A stretch of 64,000 bases of DNA from Octopus sinensis. Lineage: Eukaryota. The stretch spans positions 31,558-95,557 of the forward strand of contig NW_021832856.1 of NCBI RefSeq assembly GCF_006345805.1, written 5' to 3'. Of the stretch, positions 11,511 through 25,124 are shown piece by piece. Below the pieces are notes generated by a model. The model worked only from the letters and a program-made list of their open reading frames with translations, had not been told where the DNA came from and searched no databases. The first letter of the stretch is position 1, and each line of letters opens with the position of its first letter. Made by a program: the position numbers and the translations under genes.

Positions 11511-12214
11511 CCTCCAATGATGGTTAGTTGAAAGAAATGTGGTAGGGAGGGTTAGATGAAATATTTGTGAGTTTACTTTTGAAACTCTTATGTTTTGAGT
11601 TCAAATTGTACTGTAGTTGGCCGTCCCTCAAATATATACCAGTAATCTATGGCTTCAGTTCATCATCACCGTTACCATCACCGGCGGTAACAACGTCGTC
11701 GTCGTCATCATAATTGTCGTCATTGTCATCGACATTGTTATTGCCATTGTCATCATCAATATCGTCAACGACGTCATCATCATCATCCTTGTTGTTGCCA
11801 TCATAATTATTATCACCGTCATTGTAGCAGTATGTATCATTTGCCTTCAGAAGGTTACAAAATACCATGGGCCATTCTTAAGCCATGGCAGGATATGCGT
11901 TCAGATCACAATGACTACCACTATGGATTTTGTACAATGCTGCATCCATTCCGTCCGTCCAGCCCCTACACTGGTACTTCATTTATGGAGCCTGAAATAA
12001 TGGAAAACAAATCTGATCTCAGTGGAATTCGAACTCGGAGGATAAGGAACCTGAAGAAATGCAGAAAGTCGTGTTTGACCCCTTCAAATCCAACAACCTG
12101 GGATGTGAGACAGCCACAGTCGTGGGTTCTTTTCTGTCTTCTCGGAGAAACACCTGATGTATCATAGTCTTTACTTTTATCTCTGTTACGAGTTCAAATC
12201 TTGTTTAGGCGGGA

Positions 12215-12560
12215 TGACGCCATGCAACCTTTCCATTCTTCTGGAAGTAAAATCTGGCTGCCCAGGTGCTCATAAATGCTCTCTGAGAGAATTCCTCTTA
12301 ATAGTTTCCACACTAATGGTAAGCAAGTGTTGATCTTTAAGTACTAGCTATATTGCCCTTGCTTAGATCTTTCCTAAGGAGTACCGGTCTCTTTCTAGTC
12401 ATCTAATTAGGCATCACTCCTCCATTCGGCAATCCTGAACTTGTTCCCTCAGTCTCCCATCTAAGTTTCTAAATTTCTTTAACCAATACCCTTGAACTAA
12501 ATCTGGTACAAGGCCCTTCCAATTTGACACTCTTCCTTACACTTTACTCATTAATGTATT
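12215..12560 (-). mobile_element. R4/Dong-clade LINE RT N-terminal fragment (pseudogene)
   Basis: Frameshifted RVSNWKGLVPDLVQGYWLKKF..MTRKRPVLLRKDLSKGNIAS..TCLPLVWKLLRGILSESIYEHL..LLPEEWKGC matches the NWKAPGPD/RPITCL/EQKG pattern. Confidence 0.7.
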
Positions 12561-12629
12561 AGATTTTTTTTTAGATCTGGTTGCTTCTTATTAACTACTT
12601 CTTTCCTTACATTCAATCTTTGCTCAATT

Positions 12630-12790
12630 CCACTGAGTGGCACTTTGGCCGTGTGCTTTCTACTATAGCCTCGGAGTGACCAAAACATTGTGTGTGTAGA
12701 TGGAAACTGAAGGAGTCTGTCGAATGTATATGCGGGTTTATGTGTTTGTGTGTATAAATAAATAAATGTATATATATGTATATATATCTA

Positions 12791-12830
<40 letters not shown>

Positions 12831-13108
12831 TAGATAGATATACATGTATATATATGTGTGTGTGTGTGTGTGTATGTATGTATACACACACACACATGTG
12901 TATGTTTGTGTATAAACTCTGCTTGACCACCGGTTCTGATGTGTTTACAACCTCGTAACTTAACGGTTTGGTAAAAGGAAACGATAGAATAAGTACCACT
13001 CTCGAAAAAGTAGTACTGGGGTCGATTCGTTCCACCAACAAAAATTCAAGGTGGTGCCCCAGCAGAGGCGCAATTTAGTGACTGAAACGAGGAAAAAAAT
13101 AAAAGAAT
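12630..13108 (+). mobile_element. SINE family A (tRNA-derived, CORE-like), 5'-truncated
   Basis: tactatagcctcgg..ggaaactgaagg..gcttgaccaccgg..gatagaataagtac..ggggtcgat..ggtgccccagca..tgactgaaac; homologous to 55265-55645. Confidence 0.75.
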
Positions 13109-13112
13109 ATAT

Positions 13113-13400
13113 ATGGCCTAGTGGTTAGGGCGTTGCACTCGCGATCACGAGGTCGTGGTTTCAGTTCCTAGACGAGTGGTGCGCCGTGTTCTTGAGCAAA
13201 ACACTTCATCTCACGTTTCTCTGCGATCACTTTGACAGCTGACGCGTGGCACACGGTGCACCCGTTCAGACAACGTTTATTTGATGGAGAAAGTGAGTTA
13301 ATGCGTGGCACGAACATTTGATCACTATAAACAAATCATTTGTGCAGTTCATTCCACAAAAGAGGAGAGCTCATACGTCGTCTTCGACGGGAGAGTCCAT
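13113..13400 (+). mobile_element. SINE family C (tRNA-like head)
   Basis: A-box-like tggcctagtggttagg, B-box-like ggtttcagttcc, then gtgttcttgagcaaaacactt; related to 48333-48648. Confidence 0.65.
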
Positions 13401-14099
13401 TATGTGTATGTGTATATATGTATATACACACATAAATGTGGGTGCGTATGTGTGCGTATGGAACAGAAGCAGAATTAGATTAGAATAGCTATCTGTGTAT
13501 CATACTTAATGCAAATGCTTTTCGAAAAGACCAATTAACTGCGGTATTCGTCTACTTGCTAAGACAAAATCAGTCGCCACTGCTATTAGTCGTTCGAGCG
13601 ATATCTTGAGTTTGCTGTCATTTATCGTTTATTTTTAGGCGTAGGCAATATTCTGTTTTCTGCTATGAATGTTGCTTCCTTTATCATTTGTCAATTTTCG
13701 ACTAATCAAAAATTATAGATTTAAATTTTCAGAATTCTTTACTTTATAGTCATAATATCTACTTATGTTTTGCTATCAGCCTTTTTTTGTGTGCACGTTA
13801 TGTGTTGTGGTACACTGCAATCGTTGCTTCATGTGAGCCGGCGAAAGAGTGTTTTGATTTTGAGACTTATGTAACTGTAGGAGTCGTGAAGTTTACAACT
13901 TTCACATTTACAACCAAACTTTTAACGCCTGTTGACCATTGGTGTTTACTATTGATAAAAAAACTTTAAATATAGAATATTTTTGTCGTGTATAATTAAT
14001 GCTAATTTATGTTTTGGTATGATGCATTTTGTGCTCAGTTTTATAGGGTTTTAATACATTCATCTATTTTATATTTAGGAATGTATTTGATAAACAATG

Positions 14100-14282
14100 C
14101 TTTCTAATTTTGGCACAAGACCAACAGTCATAGAAAAGGGGTCAGTCGATTACAAACGGTATGTATTTTATCGACAAAGTTGACTTAGAGTGGAATTTTG
14201 ACGCAAAACGTTAAGATCCGGAAGAAATGGCATTAAGCATTTTGTTTGAATGGCTCTCAATTTGGCCGACTCACTACCTTCT
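14100..14282 (-). mobile_element. SINE family B, degenerate
   Basis: ttggcacaagacc..agtcgattaca..aaagttgactt..ggaatttt..gaaatggcattaagcatttt is the reverse complement of the family-B body. Confidence 0.55.
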
Positions 14283-14597
14283 TTGATAAACATAAAACGT
14301 CTTATGTGTTGTAGGTATATTACAATAGGTACGGGATCTAGTGGAGTTGTTGTGCTCTATTTACGTTTGTTCTATGGTTTAATGTATTCCATTGTTAGAA
14401 CAGCCGCTGTGTATTCTTTGTTTCATTCTCTGTTTTATCTCTGTTTTATTCGCGATGTTAAATGTTGCTACAAAATTGCAACAAAACATAACCAACTTCA
14501 GTTTCCAATAAATTATGCACATTCTACTCTAGGTACGGAGCATATTTCCTTCAGTTGTAAACACACTAATCGAAATATATATGCCAATGTATGTGGA

Positions 14598-14651
<54 letters not shown>

Positions 14652-14682
14652 TTATTGAAAAGCAGCAGAAATATCACAAAAA

Positions 14683-14713
14683 CTGTTACTCAGAGTTTCA
14701 CGTTCCCGTTCGT
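14683..14713 (-). ncRNA. 5'-truncated hammerhead ribozyme motif
   Basis: Minus strand reads [..]ACGA-acg(ggaa)cgt-GAAA-CTCTGA-GTA-acag. The first three core nucleotides are replaced by AT-rich sequence. Confidence 0.5.
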
Positions 14714-14730
14714 ATTTATGTATTTACTCC

Positions 14731-14772
<42 letters not shown>

Positions 14773-14910
14773 ATATATATGCACATTCATATGCATGTAA
14801 ATGTGCGTATTTATAAATATGTGCACATGAATGTGTGTGTGTGTATTGTATGTGTTATTGTACAAATAGATGTACTACAACTACTACTACTACACCTACT
14901 ACTACTACAC

Positions 14911-14943
<33 letters not shown>

Positions 14944-15329
14944 AGTGTTGAGCTTCACGTACATTATCATGATTGAGTCTCCTTCCAGTATAATGGTGAA
15001 AATTTGCCGTACTTAGTAGGATTACTAGCTAATACGGAGAAAATGTCGGAGAAATTGCAATAATGAGAAATTCCTCTTCTTTGTTTCTCTGTTTCAGCCT
15101 TGTGGTTTTCTGGAATCTTTGCATTATTTGTTCCAAACTCAAATGGATGTTTAACCACAACGGATCATCAGCAGACACTTTATTGCATTAAGTTACCGAA
15201 AACTAATGTTTCGAGTTGGGTCAATGGCCAGGCAAAGATAAATATTTTGAAGGAGAAGTAGGCGGAAAGCAATTGGCAGAGAAAGGTGCAAAGGAGCTGA
15301 GAAATAAGGGAAAGGGAGGGAGGGAGGGG

Positions 15330-15360
<31 letters not shown>

Positions 15361-16689
15361 GGATAGAAAACACAAAATAGAGAATAAATAGGGTAGAGAA
15401 GAAACATAAAAGACAGAAAGAAGAGAGAGAGAGAGAGAGAGAAACTGTCAGACAGAAAAGACAAAAGTGTAAAAGAGAAAAAAGAAAGAAAGAAAAGAAA
15501 GAAAAGTATAGAAATAACAAGATCAAGTAAGCGAAAACGAATATATAAATATATAAATATAGCAACGAAATAATAAAACAGAGAGAGAAGTCAGAGGATA
15601 TAAACATCTGTCTATCTGTCTGTCTGTCTGTCTATATTAATTTTTGTTTTCATGTTCAGTTATAGTAAAAACAATTTTACGTAAATCTATATTTGTGTAG
15701 AGTACAAATTTATTATTCTTATACAAGAATGTTGTTGACAGTGACTTCGAAGGTTAGGCCATGTAAGGCGTAGTTGGGCTTCCAACAGTCCGACGATGTC
15801 TTAGCTGGTCAAAACACGCAGCTTAAAGTTTCGTACTTTCATCAAACTAATCCATTTCGGCAGCTTTGGAGAGACACACGAGGCAAGACCAAGATGGCTT
15901 GTAGCCGTTCGGTCGTTATTAGTCAACGCAGGTAACACAGCATTATTATTCAGGTAACATAGTGTTATTGGAAGCGAGCTCATTTCAAATTCTAATACCT
16001 AGGACCACATGCTAAGCTGCAATATTAGTGAGTGGCTGCCAACTCTCTGCCTGAGGGGTATGGCATGGTTAATTCGCGACTTCAGTGCGTCGGTTAAGTT
16101 GTATGAAGCCGAGTGATACTAAATAATAATAATAATTGAAACTCTTACCAAATGTGCTGAGCATTGCTTATATGGGAATGGTTCTTTCATTGTATCTCAG
16201 TTCTTTATACCACAATAATCAAAATATATTCTTATAGAAATAACAAAAAGGGCGAGTAAAAGACAAGACACTTCCCGAAAAGTCACCTAACGAGACGCAT
16301 CTGCGCGTATAATGTACTCCATTTTCTCTCTCTCTCTCTCTCTCACCCACTCACACATACACACACAGAGACAGACACACAGATAATGATAAATCAAAGA
16401 GGTAAGCTCTTTTCAAGAAACAACCGAGTAGGGTTCAATTCATTGAGCGATTAAAGTATAAATTAAAGACACATTTCGATGTCGATAATACTCCTCATCA
16501 AAGCCAACATGTATCTAAATACAGACGGTATATATAAGCCATTCTAAATATGTTCGCATATTTATATTGGCTTCTTTGTTATCTCCCCTACTTTCCTTCT
16601 CGTGTGTGACCCTTCTGTCCGAGTCAGACGCCATGATAGATCGTTAGCCACTACACACATTTTTTTCTCTCCTTGTTTTCTCTGTGCCC

Positions 16690-16725
16690 CTTTCTGTAGA
16701 AGAGCGTAGGCTCGAAACGTAAAAG
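16690..16725 (+). ncRNA. Minimal hammerhead motif (A6->U, extra A10)
   Basis: cttt-CTGTAGA-A-gagc(gtag)gctc-GAAA-C-GTA-aaag; stem III palindrome ACGT. Same family as 63182-63216. Confidence 0.55.
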
Positions 16726-16805
16726 ACTTTTTCTATACCTGAGCGTTATACTAATACATCTGTTTGTTTTGTACACCACGTCTTCTGTTTTTTTCGTAAA
16801 CGCTT

Positions 16806-16877
<72 letters not shown>

Positions 16878-17744
16878 TCTTTGTGCAGATATATGTTGGA
16901 TGTGTTGGCTTTGATGATGAATGTGTGTGTGTGTTTGTATACATACATATGTATTTACATTGAAATATATATCTACATAGAGCTAAGAAGAAAGTACACA
17001 AGAACTGAACTCGCAAACTGTTTGAGGATGCTCGGAATAATCGTCATAATTGTAATGTTTATAATTTTGCAGATGGGTTGTGCAAAAAGGCATCGGTATG
17101 CAACCAGCGAACAGCCACACGTAGATATTATCATCACTCCGGCTTCCTTCATCTAGAGAAAGTTGGCAAAAGCTGTTCTTATTGTAGTGCCAAAGATTTA
17201 AAGGCTGAAAGGAGAAGGGAGAAAAATAAGGACAGAAGGCAGGGAGAGGGGGAGAATATAAACGACGTAGGAAGGAAGAACAGAGGCAGAGAAGAAATGA
17301 AATGCAGAGAGAGGGAGAAAGGTTTGTATGACATTGGAGTGGATGAAGGAGGAAGGGGAGGAGGTAACATTAAGGTGAACGTGGTGAAAGGAAACGCCAC
17401 TGGTGCAGGGTAAGTCACTATTTCCGGCGATAAATCAATTGGGAGCTGAATCACGGGAGCTGAATATACAGAGACAGGAAAAGGTGAGCAAGCCATATTT
17501 GACGCCGTAGACCTAGTCCTGGCTGAACAATTCGGAGTTTAAGTTCAAATTCATTTGAGTACAACTACATGTTTTCTACTGTGAGCATATCTGGCTCCCA
17601 CCTACTGTCTGCGTATGCATGCATTATATATATATTCACACACATAATACTACACACACACATACACACACACACAACCGAGGCAAGCATATACTTTGCA
17701 TCAACAGATATACTTGCCGTGTTTGAGAAATATATAGCCCGTTA

Positions 17745-17791
<47 letters not shown>

Positions 17792-18165
17792 ATATATATA
17801 CACATACATATAAAAAATGTACGAACGCATTCAATACACAGGTAACATATAAAATTCGATATATTCCAGTGAGTAGTATATATTAGGTAAGTAGTTTTTC
17901 TTCTTACACGTAATTCGTTATAAAGATCGATATATCGATAAGTAATATTTAGAATTATCAAAGGTGTAAACTTATTTAATTGAACTCCAGGTGAACATAT
18001 TTCAGGTGTTTTAATATGCCATATAAAAACACAGATATATTGATATAAAAGCGAGGTGCCGATAATATCGCTGTAGATCAGCTGTCATATTCAGCCTATG
18101 CTTCATGTTATGCATGTATGTATGTATCTATCTGTCTGTCTGTATGTCTGCCTGTCTACGTCTTT

Positions 18166-18169
<4 letters not shown>

Positions 18170-18200
<31 letters not shown>

Positions 18201-18312
18201 CATACATTATATATATACATACATACATTATATATATATACATACATTATATATATATATCATACATTATATATATATACATACATTATATATATATATA
18301 CATACATTATAT

Positions 18313-18344
<32 letters not shown>

Positions 18345-18353
18345 CTTATATAT

Positions 18354-18387
<34 letters not shown>

Positions 18388-19117
18388 CATTATATATATA
18401 TATATACATTATATATATATATACATTATATATATATATATACATTATATATATATATATATTACATTACATTATATTATATATATACATACATTATATA
18501 TATATATACATACATTATATATATATATACATTATATATATATATATACATTATATATATATATACATTATATATATATATATCCATTATATATATATAT
18601 AATACATTATTATATATATTATATATATATATACATAGATATTATCATACATTATATATACATTATATATATATACAATACATTATATATAACAACATTA
18701 TATTATACATACATTATATAATACATACATTATATATATACATACTTATATAATATACATACATTATATATATATACATACATATATATATATATAATAT
18801 ACATTATATATATATAATATTATACATTATATATATATATATATACACATTATATATATATATATATACATTATATATATATATATACATTATATATATA
18901 TATATACATTATATATATATATAACATTATATATATATATTATATATATATATATACTATATATATATAATACATTATATATATATATACATTATATATA
19001 TAGATATATATATATAACATTATATATATATATATACATAGATATATATATATATATACATTATATATATATATATACATTATATAATATATACATACAT
19101 TATATATATATATACAT

Positions 19118-19155
<38 letters not shown>

Positions 19156-19673
19156 CTTATATATACATACATTTATATATATATATATATATACATTATA
19201 TATATACATACATTATATATATATATATACATTATATATATATATACATTATATATATATATACATTATATATATATATATACATTATATATATATACAT
19301 ACATTATATATATATATACATTATATATATATATATACATTATATATATATACATACATTATATATATACACATACATTATATATACATTATATATTATA
19401 TACTACATTATATATATATATACATACATTATATATATATATACATTATATATATACATACATTATATATATACATACATTATATATAACATACATTATA
19501 TATATACATACATTATATATATATACATACATTATATATATACATACATTATAATATATATACATACATTATATATATATAATATACATTATATATATAT
19601 ATATATACATTATATATATATATATATACATTATATATATATATATATACATTATATATATATATATATACAT

Positions 19674-19709
<36 letters not shown>

Positions 19710-20207
19710 CATTATATATATATATATACATTATATATATATATTATACATTATATATATATATATACATTATATATATATATACATTATATATATATAT
19801 ATATATTATATATATATATATATATACATTATATATATATACATTATATATATATATACATTATATATATATATTATATATATATAATACATATATATAT
19901 ATATATACATTATATATATAATATATACATTATATATATATTATACATTATATATATATATACATACATTATATATATATATACATTATATATATATATA
20001 TATATTATATATATATAATATACATTATATATATACATACATTATATATATATATACTTATATATACATACATTATATATATATATATATACATTATCGT
20101 ATATATATATATATATATATACATTATCTATATATTATATATATTACTTATATATATATATATACATTATCTATATATATATATTATCTATATATATATA
20201 CATTATC

Positions 20208-20245
<38 letters not shown>

Positions 20246-20460
20246 AATTATATATATATACATTATCTATATATATATATATATATCATTATATATATAT
20301 ATATACATTATCTATATATATATACATTATCTAATATATATATACATTATCTATATATATTATTATATATATATATATACATTATATATATATACATTAT
20401 ATATATATATATATATATATACTATATATATATGTGTGTATATATATGCATATGTATATA
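18170..20460. repeat. ~2.3-kb (TA)n array with recurring TACATTA interruptions
   Basis: Directly visible; the cattat unit recurs about every 14-24 bp. Confidence 0.95.
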
Positions 20461-20464
20461 TGTA

Positions 20465-21527
20465 CATATTGTGTGAACATTGTTTATTTTTTGGTAAGTG
20501 TCTATCATGGGTACAAATATTTATGGTAGTATAAAGAAATGTCAAATATATAACTGTTTCAAATTTTGCCACGTAGCCAGCAATATTTAGATCTGTCTTT
20601 TCAGTAAATTGTTTTTTGTGATCAATTTGTTTGCATGATTTTTTTAATGTTCTGTGCATGGTAGTGTTCTACTTGTGTGCTGAGGTAATTCGTCCCTGGG
20701 GCATATCTCTTATTTATGTGAAGTTTGTATGCTATGTGTGTTCACGTTTAGGAAAGGATCTATCCTGGTGGGATTACCCTCGCGAATAGGGTTTCTTTGA
20801 AATATTTGAGCGTAAAATGTTGCTTGTGTATGCAGTGAGAGAAAGTTTCATTCCTAGTCTTTCCTAGTGTGTCAGATATTATCTGATGATTGTATAATGT
20901 TTAATTTTTCAGTAATACAGGGTTCACATTTGGTACCCTGTCCTCTGTATTTTTTGGTTTTAGCAATAACTTTCAGCTCTATCTGGGGGTTGCCTATTCC
21001 AACTTATTTCAATATCCATATCATATTTGAGAGGGATCTTGCATGCTTTTTGGCTTTTGTTTCTGAATGATGCCAGATGTGTATACCTTTCTTTGAGCGA
21101 GTGGCCCGTCATTCCGATATACGTCTTTGGTATTTAGTTGAGGTCCGTGATCTTATATACGAGCTCTTCCTCGAGACAGTTGCTGTTTAAAGAGCAGCCG
21201 TTTGGGTATTTACAGTTACATTGTCATTTGAGAGTGTTTCTGGTATGTCTATGTTTATTGTGGTTTAGTATTATTGACCCTACATTGGGGAAGCAACTAT
21301 AGCTAAGTTTATTGTTTAGGAATTTCCTAGCTATGTTAGTAGCTATATTCATGCTATAAGGTGGGCTGAACCATAAGATTTTCCTCTGTCTGCATCGTCT
21401 TCGTCCATTTATATTTGGTTCAATATAGTGTATGTTATTCTTGAAGTTGGACTTTTCTAATGCAGCGTTATAACATGAGGCGACTTTTCAAAAGTGTCTT
21501 TGTTGGCGGATAAATTGGTGACGCGCC
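20465..21527 (-). mobile_element. Penelope-like retroelement 3' part (RT thumb/linker plus GIY-YIG), degenerate
   Basis: Minus translation RVTNLSANKDTFEKS..YNAALEKSNF..RQRKILWFSPPYSMNIATNIARKFL..KLSYSCFPNVGSIILNHNK..CNCKYPNGCSLNSNCLEEELVYKI. A hammerhead relic lies at its 3' end. Confidence 0.8.
20543..20611 (-). ncRNA. Degenerate hammerhead motif at 3' end of Penelope-like element
   Basis: caattta-CTGAAAA-...aaatattgc..ggcaaaattt-GAAA-CAGTT-ATA-tatttg (G8->A, decayed ACAGCTGT-type stem III). Confidence 0.45.
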
Positions 21528-21579
21528 ACCCTCCACCCACAGCTTCCTGTCACCAACAGTTTCCTGTCATCAACACATA

Positions 21580-22900
21580 GTAATCAAGAACTTGGTAAAA
21601 GGCGTCATTAAAAGGATTTGGGGCCTTTGCTCTTGCGAAGAAGCCTTCGACGCAGCAGCCCCGTACTATAATAAAGCCTTAGCTGCCAGCAGGTTCAGGG
21701 ACCGCATCTTCAACATGCCAGAAGCCAACAGCCGCAGAAGGAATCACCGCAGAAATAGAATCTGACTTGCCCCCCACACCGACTCCCTTAACACAATAAC
21801 ACCCGAAGTTAAACTATTCCATAAATTCATAGATAAGCATTTCATCAACTCCTATAGGTACGAGCCCATATTCAACAGGCACAACGTTAGGGTCGCGTTT
21901 ATCTGAACCCCCAACATTAAAAGCATCCTAGTTAGTGCCCCTAAGACACAGGAAGAGGCAAGTTGTTCATGCAGGAGCCGAAGCAGTAGCCCGGTAGGAG
22001 GCCGCTGCGAAACCAAAGCGGTCGTCTATGAAGTCGAGGTTCTAGAAGGATATACCATTAATACCGGCAGAGGCAATAACGGCCGTAGGCATGAGAACAC
22101 AGCCACCATCGCCAACACCGCCACATTTGATGGCAACATCACTAACAACAACAGCAGCGGAATCACCTCCAACACCAGCAGCAGCCCCATCTCCTTCAGC
22201 GACAACGGCAGCAGCAACAGTAGCACCAACACCGCCAGCAACAGCAGCACTTACAAAAGCAACAGGTGCACCGACATCACGCGCCTACGTAACTATGTGG
22301 GATACACTGGGAATTCTCTCAAACAGCATCTTTCCAATCATTCATCCTCCTTCAGTGTCTCGGAAAGAAGATACCTGACAGCGCTGGACAGCCATATCTG
22401 GCAAGTAAGAGACAAAGGGATACCATACTCGATTGCATGGAAAATACTTGAGAACCCAGGGCCCTACATCAACGGGACGAAACGTTGCAAGTAATGCATT
22501 ACCGAACGAAAGAGAATTCTAAAAGACTCGCTCGTGCAAGGGAGCATACTGAACTCAAGGATGAAGATTTTCGGGCCATGCTTGCATTTTAGAAGATACC
22601 TGTTGGTCTTTTGGAATCTGCAAGGCGACACTACAGCCGGAAGCCAATACCCAAGGCCGAAGGGAGATCATCATTTATCTTCGTTGTCCTTTGATGACCG
22701 TAAGACGGTGACCGAAAGGTGTCGGCGCAGCCGAAGCTCGATGGCCAATGGCAAAGGGTGATAATCACCTGGTGTTTACCTTTATAGCGAGGTATTTCCC
22801 CCTCCATAGTTTGACAGTGTTTGGGGTCTGAAGATATGCCATAAGGCTAATTTTTTATGAGCGAGAAACATAGGGTAACGTCATAAACCGGCCTCCCCCA
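21580..22900 (+). mobile_element. Penelope-like retroelement 3' part with GIY-YIG endonuclease, degenerate
   Basis: AAPYYNKALAAS..FIDKHF..PIFNRHNVRVAF*TPNIKSIL..CSCR..GGRCETKAVVY...YVGYTGNSLKQHLSNHSSSF..TALDSHIWQVRDKG..IAWKIL..RCK*CITERKRI..LNSR. Confidence 0.85.
22818..22889 (+). ncRNA. Hammerhead motif in 3' terminal region of Penelope-like element
   Basis: CTGAAGA (22828-22834), stem II cataa/ttatg, GAAA (22865-22868), C-atagggtaac-GTC (22880-22882). Stem I is imperfect. Confidence 0.5.
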
Positions 22901-22934
22901 TTATAATATGTCTACGTATGTGTTCGTGTGAGTA

Positions 22935-22981
<47 letters not shown>

Positions 22982-23357
22982 TATATACACACACAAATAC
23001 ATCTATAATACACACACACACACACACACACAAACACACATATATATATATATATCTTTTATTGTTTACTATTTTCAGCCAGAGGCCGAGGCCATGCTGG
23101 GGCACTATCTTTCACTGTGATTGGGTTTCTTTTTTCTGTACAATTTCTGGGAAATGGCGAGCTGGACGGAGTAGTTTGCCTTTGTACCTCCTGTGCAATG
23201 CGGCCTCATCTGGTATCTCAGATAAAAATTTTATATACTCATACCTTCAAATGAATGTATAGACAGACGCGCAAATATTCTAGATAAACTGAACTATGTG
23301 CATAGGTAATTACATATATATGTACATGTACGAATACACACACACACACACACACAC

Positions 23358-23426
<69 letters not shown>

Positions 23427-23528
23427 TACGTATATATATATATATATATATACATATATACGTATATATATATATATACATATATACGTATGTATGTATA
23501 TATATATTTATATACATATATACGTATG

Positions 23529-23567
<39 letters not shown>

Positions 23568-23603
23568 GTATGTATGTATATATATATTTATATACATAGT
23601 ACG

Positions 23604-23644
<41 letters not shown>

Positions 23645-23663
23645 TAATATATATATACGTATG

Positions 23664-23705
<42 letters not shown>

Positions 23706-23711
23706 GATGTG

Positions 23712-23746
<35 letters not shown>

Positions 23747-23959
23747 CTACATTCATATAATGTGCGCGTACACAAATGAGTAGAAACACATACACAAATC
23801 TCTCTCTGTCTATCGATATATTTATACATAGATTCATACGTACATATATACATCATCAATGTATACCTACAGATATCGAAAGATAGATAGACATGGGGCA
23901 GGAGGATGGAATTGAATGCAGTTCAGTCTAGCAACTTCTCCTCAAACATCATCGAGATA

Positions 23960-24095
23960 GATCTTGTCACTTTTAAGTTTTATACATTCCACTTATGTCC
24001 ATAAATACAGTTTTGATCACGTCAATCTACAACACATCTCACTTACAGATATTACATTTCTATTAATTATGTACGTGTATGCATATGCATCTAGG

Positions 24096-24138
<43 letters not shown>

Positions 24139-24389
24139 CTGTGTGTGATTGTCTTTGTCACACTCAATATGTATATGAGTATATACCTATATAAATGTGT
24201 ATATATGTGCAAATTGATATGTGTGTGTGCGTATAGATATGTGCATACATGTACGTATAGCACTAGATCTATCTTGTCACTTTCAAATCTTATATATATT
24301 CTACTTATGTCCATAAATACAGTTTAGATCACGTCAGCCTACAAAGATCTCACTCTGAGATAGTGCATTTCTATTAATTATGTATGTGT
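23960..24389. repeat. Local ~120-bp direct duplication (23960-24078 and 24271-24389)
   Basis: atcttgtcactt..acttatgtccataaatacagttt(t/a)gatcacgtca..ctacaa..atctcact..catttctattaattatgta is present twice. Confidence 0.8.
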
Positions 24390-24484
24390 GTGTATGGATG
24401 TTTATGTATAAGTATATTAATCTGCGTGTTGTATGCGTATATGAATGCGTGTGCATGTATATTATATGCATATATATATATATA

Positions 24485-24524
<40 letters not shown>

Positions 24525-25078
24525 ATGTATATATATTATGTATATATATGTATGTATATATATATGCATATATATATATACACATATATATATATATATA
24601 TATATATATTATGTATATATATATATATGTTATATATGCATATATAAATGAGTATATATGTATGTGTATATATATATATGTATGTATATATATGCATATA
24701 TAAGTGTATATATGTGTATGTGTATATATATATGTATGTATATATATATATATATATACCTAAGTAGATTCATATTCATTCATGCGTCTATGAATGAATA
24801 TGTAGACGAATGCGTGTATTTGTAGGCATGAATGGATATAAGTACATATTGGCGCACATACGCACACTCATACATGCACATATATAAACATATATATATA
24901 TATATACATATGTATATATATATATATAATATATATATATAATATACATATACATATACATATATATATATACATATACATATGTATATATATATATATA
25001 TATACATATACAATATGTATATATATATATATATATATACTATACATATGTATAATATATATATATATATACATATAC

Positions 25079-25124
<46 letters not shown>

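Noticed and set aside
11617-12000. Hydrophobic poly-I/V ORF resembling a membrane protein
   Set aside because: Derived from a degenerate (ATC/GTC)n microsatellite.
13113-13190. tRNA gene candidates (also 37600, 48335, 55268)
   Set aside because: A and B boxes are present but there is no complete cloverleaf, and each continues into a SINE body.
17078-17413. CxxC-containing ORF resembling a Helitron Rep N-terminus
   Set aside because: Only a short motif followed by GA-rich low complexity; insufficient support.
22091-22378. Ala/Thr/Pro mucin-like ORF
   Set aside because: Alternative frame of the triplet-rich insertion in the Penelope GIY-YIG region.
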